This document shows, piece by piece, positions 6,617 to 12,089 of a stretch of DNA of 12,089 nt (the first letter of the stretch is position 1; the number at the start of each line of letters is the position of its first letter). This DNA is from an uncultured Acidobacteriota bacterium (GTDB lineage: Bacteria > Acidobacteriota > UBA6911 > RPQK01 > JAPXNP01). The position numbers and the translations under genes are program-made. A model generated the notes under the pieces. It searched no databases and was not told the DNA's origin. It saw only the letters and a program-made list of their open reading frames with translations. Location of the stretch: NCBI GenBank assembly GCA_963777605.1, contig CAVZRV010000052.1:1-12089 (forward strand), given 5' to 3'.

Positions 6617-8470
6617 ACGGGCGATTTCGTCTTCAACAAGCTCGGCGGGCTGACCCAGTCGAAGTGGCCCGGCATCTACGACTACGGCGCCAATCCGCTC
6701 GGGATCTACTGGAGCTACGACAACGCCGGACGCCAACAGACCGCCAAATGGAGCAACAACGGAGGAAACCCGGGTGGAACGGCCTACCAGGAACTGGTCG
6801 ACAATTACACTTTCACCTACGCTTCGACCAACCCGTACGCCACCGAAACCGTCACGTATGACGGGTCGACCAACGGCACCATCGAAACGATTACATACAA
6901 CGACCGTTTGCAGCCCAAAGGTCGGGCGGTCAAGTTCGGAGCTCAATTCCTGGTTAACCTAGACTACAGCTACGTTCATCCGACCAACTCCGGGAACAAC
7001 GGCGATGTCTTCGGCATTGACAACCTCCTGAACACGTCCGAAAACTTCGACTACACTTATGACTGGCTGAATCGGATCAAGACGGCCACGATGGGCGGCT
7101 CGGTGTTGACCTACTACTACGACCGATACGGAAACCGGCTCAAGCAGTGCGGGACTTCCACCTTCAACCCGTACAGCGCCTGGTTGACGATCAGTTCGTC
7201 CACGAACCGGATCACGGCGGCTCGCCTGGGCACCAACGCCTGCAATACGACCCCGACCCAAAGCTACACGCACGATTCGGCGGGCGATCTGACAAACACG
7301 GGCGCGGCGACCTATGAGTACGACGGAGCCAGCCGGATCAAGACGGTCAACGGCGGCACAACCGCGACCTACACCTACGACGGCGACGGGCGAAGGGCGA
7401 AGAAGGTGGCCGGTGGAGCAACGCGGTACTACTTCTACGATCCCGAGGGAAACCCGGTTTGGGAATACCAGGCGGGGGTCGGCTGGGATGTCTTCAATCT
7501 CTTCTTCAATGGGCGAAACCTAGCAGCGAACACGATCTCGGGTCTATTCTGGCGCCACCTCGACCACCTGGGAACACCCAAGGACGAGACCAACAACACG
7601 GGCCAACTCGTTCGCCACTATGTCCCTCTTCCCTTCGGTGAGAGCATGACCACTCTCCCGGTTTCCGACAAATACTTCTTCACGAGCAAGGAAAGAGACG
7701 CGGAGACCGGGCTCGACTACTTCGGGGCCCGCTACCATGGGAGCCCGATCGGGCGTTTCACTTCTCCGGATGAGAGTCTTATTGATCAATTCCCCGAAGA
7801 TCCGCAGAGCTGGAATCTATTCTCGTATGTTCGAAACAATCCCTTGACATCGGTAGACCCGACCGGGCGAGAATGCGTCAAGCTCGACGACGGCAGTACC
7901 GGGGACGACGGTCAGGGGGAGGTCTGTGCCTCAGCTGGTCTGGATCAAGAAGTTGCCGCCAGTGCGACCGTAGTTGAATACGGTCCAATGCCGCTTAACA
8001 CATCCGCTCAGTTCGTTTTCGACCAGGTTTATCGGACGGCAGGATTCGCAACGAAACTGAGTTTCTGGGCGGAGTACGGCGGAGCGGCTCTGGTTGGCGG
8101 AACTATCGTAGCCGGCGGGATGGCCGTGTTGGGAGGTAACACCCTCACCTCGCTCGGCATTGGTGGTCTTTCTGCTGCAGCTCACCCACGGTTTCAGTTG
8201 CTGGTTGGGCAGGCTCTGACACGGGTTCGACCGATGACCACCGGGAGGCTTGCTGGGTACTTGCGCGGCAATTCCGAGTTGTCTGGAGGACTGCAGCGCG
8301 CACGAGAGGTCTTTCAACAGTTAACTGGACGAGCACCGAACGGAATCTACGACCGTGCAGTAAAGGGCACGGCCGAAGTCGTCTTTAGGGAGACGGGAGC
8401 ATCGGGGCACGCAAAGATCGACTATGTTAACCACATCCAGAAAACTTTTGAGCATATTACTTTCAAATGA
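6617..8470 (+). CDS. Rhs C-terminal half: YD repeats, Rhs-associated core and a 200-aa C-terminal toxin tip; 3' part of the 3693 gene
   Basis: The frame is open from 6617 (TGDFVFNKLGGLTQSKWPG...), upstream of the track's 6908 start. Core motif KERDAETGLDYFGARY...GRFTSPD...PQSWNLFSYVRNNPLTSVDPTG, with DPTG at 7856-7867 and the variable tip at 7868-8467. Confidence 0.92.
   Translation, partial: TGDFVFNKLGGLTQSKWPGIYDYGANPLGIYWSYDNAGRQQTAKWSNNGGNPGGTAYQELVDNYTFTYASTNPYATETVTYDGSTNGTIETITYNDRLQPKGRAVKFGAQFLVNLDYSYVHPTNSGNNGDVFGIDNLLNTSENFDYTYDWLNRIKTATMGGSVLTYYYDRYGNRLKQCGTSTFNPYSAWLTISSSTNRITAARLGTNACNTTPTQSYTHDSAGDLTNTGAATYEYDGASRIKTVNGGTTATYTYDGDGRRAKKVAGGATRYYFYDPEGNPVWEYQAGVGWDVFNLFFNGRNLAANTISGLFWRHLDHLGTPKDETNNTGQLVRHYVPLPFGESMTTLPVSDKYFFTSKERDAETGLDYFGARYHGSPIGRFTSPDESLIDQFPEDPQSWNLFSYVRNNPLTSVDPTGRECVKLDDGSTGDDGQGEVCASAGLDQEVAASATVVEYGPMPLNTSAQFVFDQVYRTAGFATKLSFWAEYGGAALVGGTIVAGGMAVLGGNTLTSLGIGGLSAAAHPRFQLLVGQALTRVRPMTTGRLAGYLRGNSELSGGLQRAREVFQQLTGRAPNGIYDRAVKGTAEVVFRETGASGHAKIDYVNHIQKTFEHITFK
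6620..6945 (+). repeat. Direct repeat, copy 1; homologous to ~10789-11114 (offset 4169)
   Basis: Near-identical coding block, including an exact 41-mer at 6689-6729 = 10858-10898. Differences are mostly at third codon positions. Confidence 0.9.
7843..8035 (+). repeat. Direct repeat, copy 1; homologous to 9493-9685 (offset 1650)
   Basis: Exact 25-mer CTTGACATCGGTAGACCCGACCGGG at 7843-7867 = 9493-9517, then gap-free diverged homology through to QVYR/EVYR. Confidence 0.9.
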
Positions 8471-8856
8471 GCAAACACGACAAGTGTCTACGAGTGGAGA
8501 CTGTTCAAGACATCCTGCAGCAATGGCAGACTGGCCGGTTGGATGAACACGATGTTTACGAATTGGCCGAGAAAATGTGGGATAGCAGCGAGTGGCCGAA
8601 TTATCCCGAGCAAGATGCTCGATCGATTTCAATTGAGGTCTTGGCTCAATTGTCGGTTCTCTATTACCAGCTGGTAACGAAGGAGGATATCCCTGCGATG
8701 CTCGAATTCTTGCGCGTAAGCCCGGGAGAGGAAGTGAAAGGTTGGGCACGATGGCGCGCGTATTGGTCCCAAGTTGACTTTGCAGCCCGTAAGGAGGCTT
8801 TGAAGGGAAACCCCTACTACGTGACTGATGGCGGGCCGGAATGCGCCGATCATTGA
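8467..8856 (+). CDS. Putative cognate immunity protein of the main Rhs toxin, 129 aa
   Basis: Small, acidic, helical-looking ORF that starts in an ATGA overlap with the toxin stop, the canonical toxin-immunity arrangement. No family recognised. Confidence 0.8.
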   Translation: MSKHDKCLRVETVQDILQQWQTGRLDEHDVYELAEKMWDSSEWPNYPEQDARSISIEVLAQLSVLYYQLVTKEDIPAMLEFLRVSPGEEVKGWARWRAYWSQVDFAARKEALKGNPYYVTDGGPECADH

Positions 8857-9137
8857 TCAGTCGATTCTCTCAAAGGACTCCCTCCGCAGCATCCGCCAAT
8901 CATCGTGTAAACGATCGTATTGCGGATCATCTCTTGCGAGTTAGCAGACTAAAATCTGAGGCTCGTCAAGGAGCAGCACAACAGGCTGCGGCCAGCCTCG
9001 TGAATCGCCCTGAGCAGGTGGCCCGCCTGAGTGCTGCCGCCGCGCGCCCAACAGTGAAGGCTGTTGCAGCCCAGATTCTCCAACGCGTATTGAAGCCTAA
9101 GAAGAGCGGTCTCGATGACAAGGAACCGAGACCATGA
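8841..9137 (+). pseudogene. Probable remnant 3' end of an orphan toxin tip (98-codon ORF)
   Basis: Basic, Ala-rich frame whose stop overlaps the ATG of the next gene (ATGA 9134-9137). No Rhs core upstream and the true 5' boundary is unclear. Confidence 0.4.
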
Positions 9138-10045
9138 GAGACGAAATCACCCATCGGGATGGCGGCATTCTACTCACGGCTCGGATGCCTTGGCCGTACC
9201 GCATATTCCTGCCGATTGGCTACCTGATGATAAGCGCTCTATGTCCCCTCATCTGGAGATCTGCTCAGAATCTCGGATGGCTGTTCTTCGGATACTGCGC
9301 CGTTTACGTCCTGGCAGGAATCGGGGTCTTGGAGGTTTTGTTCAAGAGGACAGATTTCACAGATGTCGGTGTCCTGCAGAGGTCCAGTTTTGGGAGAGTG
9401 CACTTTATTCCGTACAGTAGAATAGCTCGGCTGAGAAGAGAAGAAGAAAGGGTGGTAATCGAAACGAGCCACGCGAAAAAAGTCAAGATCTACTTGACAT
9501 CGGTAGACCCGACCGGGAAAGAGTGCGTCCAACTGGATGACGGAAGCATGGGTGACGACGGCCAGGGAGAAGTGTGTGCCGCAGCCGGTCTGGATGAGGA
9601 GCCTGAAGCCAGTGCGGCCGTCATAGAGTACCTCCCTGTGCCGTTGAACCCATTTGCTCAGGCTGTCTGTTCCGAGGTGTACCGGCTCGGCGGGCCGACG
9701 GGTAAACACTTTGGCAAACGTCACCACCACGTTCTTAGTGATGGCCATTCCCGAAGCAATCGTCGGATCGTATTTTGCTGGACCTACTTTGAGCCTCGGG
9801 ATCAAGTCGAAGTATGGTTCTCTGTCGACTGGCCGGACGGCACCAGCAACCTGCAGGAACAACTGGCAATGCAACAGGTTCGCTCGGCCCCTGAGGCAGG
9901 TGTCACTCTGCCGATTACGATGAAAGACCCGCGTTGGCCAGCTGGACAAGGATGGGTGAAGATGAGGCAGAATGTGAACGGTGTTGAGGTTCACTACGTT
10001 AGAAATGTGCGCACAGGCGAGGTTGCCGACTTCAAATTCAAATGA
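9134..10045 (+). CDS. Chimeric ORF: 2-TM membrane protein (candidate immunity, 9134-9493) fused in frame to an orphan Rhs toxin tip (9494-10045)
   Basis: The first 120 aa are two hydrophobic helices plus a bacterial PH-like segment (FTDVGVLQRSSFGRVHFIPYSRIARL). The sequence then switches abruptly to LTSVDPTGKECVQLDDG and ends ...NLQEQLAMQQVRSAP...MKDPRWPAGQGWVKMRQNVNGVEVHYVRNVRTGEVADFKFK. A compensating +1/-1 frameshift pair lies at ~9701 and ~9845. Confidence 0.75.
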   Translation: MRDEITHRDGGILLTARMPWPYRIFLPIGYLMISALCPLIWRSAQNLGWLFFGYCAVYVLAGIGVLEVLFKRTDFTDVGVLQRSSFGRVHFIPYSRIARLRREEERVVIETSHAKKVKIYLTSVDPTGKECVQLDDGSMGDDGQGEVCAAAGLDEEPEASAAVIEYLPVPLNPFAQAVCSEVYRLGGPTGKHFGKRHHHVLSDGHSRSNRRIVFCWTYFEPRDQVEVWFSVDWPDGTSNLQEQLAMQQVRSAPEAGVTLPITMKDPRWPAGQGWVKMRQNVNGVEVHYVRNVRTGEVADFKFK

Positions 10046-10194
10046 GACAGCCCGCAGAGCCACCAATTCAGCACAATGTCTCTCCGAGTATCGGGTTCTC
10101 GACGATCGCGCGAGTCGGCCCAGACAACGTCGGCGAGACTGCGAATACTCATGTGATTAAACTGGCGAATTCTCAGTTAGTGAGTGCAAAATGA
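10042..10194 (+). CDS. 50-aa linker ORF below the ORF-track cutoff; possible toxin-tip remnant
   Basis: MRQPAEPPIQHNVSPSIGFSTIARVGPDNVGETANTHVIKLANSQLVSAK*, with ATGA overlaps to both the upstream stop (10042-10045) and the downstream start (10191-10194). Confidence 0.35.
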   Translation: MRQPAEPPIQHNVSPSIGFSTIARVGPDNVGETANTHVIKLANSQLVSAK

Positions 10195-10643
10195 AAACCG
10201 GCAAAATTCGGCTTCAGCGTTTCCCGTACGAAGAGCCGTATCATCTTAATTTGGTCATCTCTGCGACAAACGGGGACTTTTCTGGCCGTCTGGAGTTCTA
10301 TTGCGGAGTCGATGAACTGGCCGAATTCGGAGTGGGACTCCAGTCCTTTCCCAAGAGAATACCCGATGAGCATCGATACGAATCCGGGACGCCCGGGGCC
10401 GAGAATAAGAGTGCATTCTACCTAGATCTACGTGTCTCTACGATAGACAAGACGGGCCATTGCGCCCTGCAAATTGCCATGGACAAAAACCAGAGGAGTC
10501 CCAAGGATGGCGCCTGCCGTTTTTCAATTGAGGTCGAGCCGTACGCGATCAATCGCCTCGGAAGACTCCTCGTCGAATTCTCCAAGCTGAAGCACAACGT
10601 GCTTGAGTGGTCAGTAACAGGCGAAGACGACGCGCTCTCCTGA
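10191..10643 (+). CDS. Hypothetical protein, 150 aa; candidate orphan immunity protein
   Basis: Intact, globular alpha/beta-looking ORF (YEEPYHLNLVISATNGDFSGRLEFY...DKTGHCALQI...EPYAINRLG) in the toxin/immunity array. The immunity role is inferred from position only. Confidence 0.7.
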   Translation: MKTGKIRLQRFPYEEPYHLNLVISATNGDFSGRLEFYCGVDELAEFGVGLQSFPKRIPDEHRYESGTPGAENKSAFYLDLRVSTIDKTGHCALQIAMDKNQRSPKDGACRFSIEVEPYAINRLGRLLVEFSKLKHNVLEWSVTGEDDALS

Positions 10644-10677
10644 GGCGTAAGGTCGAATATTCAGAGCAGAGCGCCTA

Positions 10678-12089
10678 AGGCGCAGAACCGGCATGAGCGA
10701 CGGAGTTGGCAGTTCAACGTTCCACTACGATTCCATGGGACGAACGACCAAAATCGTCCGGGCTGTGACCGGCGGACCGAGTATGACTGGGGATTTTGTC
10801 TACAACAAGCTCGGCGGGCTGACCAAGTCCAAATGGCCTGGCATCTACGACTACGGGGCCAATCCGCTCGGGATCTACTGGAGCTACGACAACGCCGGCC
10901 GCCAGCAGACCGCCAAATGGAGCAACAACGGGGGAAGCCCGGGGGGGACGGCCTACCAGGAACTGGTCGACAATTACACGTTCACCTACGCTTCGACCGA
11001 TCCTTATGCCACCGAAACGCTGACCTACGACGGCGCGACCAACGGCACCATCGAGACGATCACCTACAACGAACGTCTCCAGCCGAAGCAGCGGACCGTC
11101 AAATACGGCGCCCAGTTCCGGCTCAACCAACTCGTCCATTTTGAAAAGCCAATCACCGACGAGAACAACGGCAATGTCTGGGAGATTGACGACCAGCTCT
11201 ATACGACCGGTGACCAGTCTTACCTGTACGACTGGTGGAATCGAATCACCACCTACAAGATCGCCGGGACGACCAACCAGACTTTCACCTACGACCGTTG
11301 GGGCAACCGGAGCGCCTCGACCCTGGCGCTGACGTTCAACGCTGCGACGAACCGGATCACGACGACCGGCTACAACAGCTACGATGTGGCGGGAAACCAG
11401 TTGGGACTGCCCGGATTTACCCTGCAGTACGATGGCGCGAGTCGGATCAAGACGGTCAACAGCGGCTCGACGGCGACCTACACCTATGACGGGGACGGCC
11501 GCCGCGTGAAGAAGGTCGCGGGCGGGGTGACGACCTACTACTTTTACGATCCCGAAGGGAACGCGACCTGGGAATACAAGGTCGGCACCGGCTGGGAGAC
11601 CTTCAACCTCTTCTTCAACGGGAAGCACGCGGCCATCAACAACACCACCGAGGGTCTCCGCTGGCGGCATCTCGATCATCTCGGGCAATTTGGTGCTGAA
11701 GACGAACAACGCAGGCGTCGACGTCTGCCGCTACTACTACAAACCGTACGGCGAGCTGAGTTCGCGTACCTGCACCGAAGCCGACGACTACTGGTTCACC
11801 GGCAAGGAGCGGGACGCCGAAACCGGGCTCGACTACTTCGGCGCCCGCTACCACGGCAGCGCCATCGGACGGTTCACGTCGGTGGATCCCTCGCGAGAGA
11901 GCGCCGATCCCGCGAATCCGCAAAGTTGGAATAGATAGCGTACACACTGAATAACCCGTTGCGGCACATTGACCCGGACGGGGAGAGCCCAATAGACGTG
12001 ATCCAGGGCTTCGCAAACGGACTCACCAGTTCGGTAGCCTTGAATCTGGGTAGAGTTGATGCCCGAAACCGAAACCGCGACTTTCAGGT
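10678..12089 (+). pseudogene. Second, 5'-truncated Rhs gene (half-core, Rhs-associated core and the start of a third toxin tip); runs off the window
   Basis: Begins RRTGMSDGVGSSTFHYDSMG (ATG 10693, no clear RBS or signal peptide) and is colinear with the main Rhs from ~6510. There is a +1 shift at GGG 11683-11685 and a -1 shift at ~11938. The corrected end reads KERDAETGLDYFGARY...PQSWNRYAYTLNNPLRHIDPDG|ESPIDVIQGFANGLTSSVALNLG, with DPDG at 11971-11982. Confidence 0.88.

Noticed and set aside
6908-8470. Independent 520-aa gene starting at TTG 6908
   Set aside because: The frame is open and homologous to the second Rhs copy from 6617, so this is the 3' half of the 3693 gene.
7843-9685. Diversity-generating retroelement TR/VR pair or CRISPR array explaining the repeats
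   Set aside because: The mismatches are not adenine-specific, there is no reverse transcriptase or cas gene, and there is no repeat-spacer periodicity.
8890-10190. Integron attC-like sites (imperfect hairpin at 8891-8927 followed by GTTAG at 8940; GTTAG at 10176 before ATG 10191)
   Set aside because: There are no complementary RYYYAAC inverse cores at suitable distances and no integrase in the window.

Overview
GC-rich bacterial window; an Acidobacteriota-like origin is inferred only from protein style. Left arm (minus strand): a small HicB-like gene (frameshifted), a membrane HisKA_3 histidine kinase with degenerate G1/G2 ATP-binding boxes, and a NarL/LuxR response regulator cut by the window edge. 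The intergenic region contains a nested 74-bp palindrome. Right arm (plus strand): an Rhs polymorphic-toxin locus with a signal-peptide accessory protein, a ~1590-codon Rhs toxin that has a Sec signal peptide and no PAAR domain (broken at 6525-6616), its immunity gene, and an ATGA-coupled chain of orphan toxin tips and immunity genes. A second Rhs half-gene starts at the same motif (RRTGM) where the main gene is broken. The repeats suggest two tiers of exchangeable cassette: tip-only at LTSVDPTG and half-core plus tip at GRRTGM. Several single-base indels may be sequencing or consensus errors rather than real lesions; this cannot be resolved from the sequence alone.
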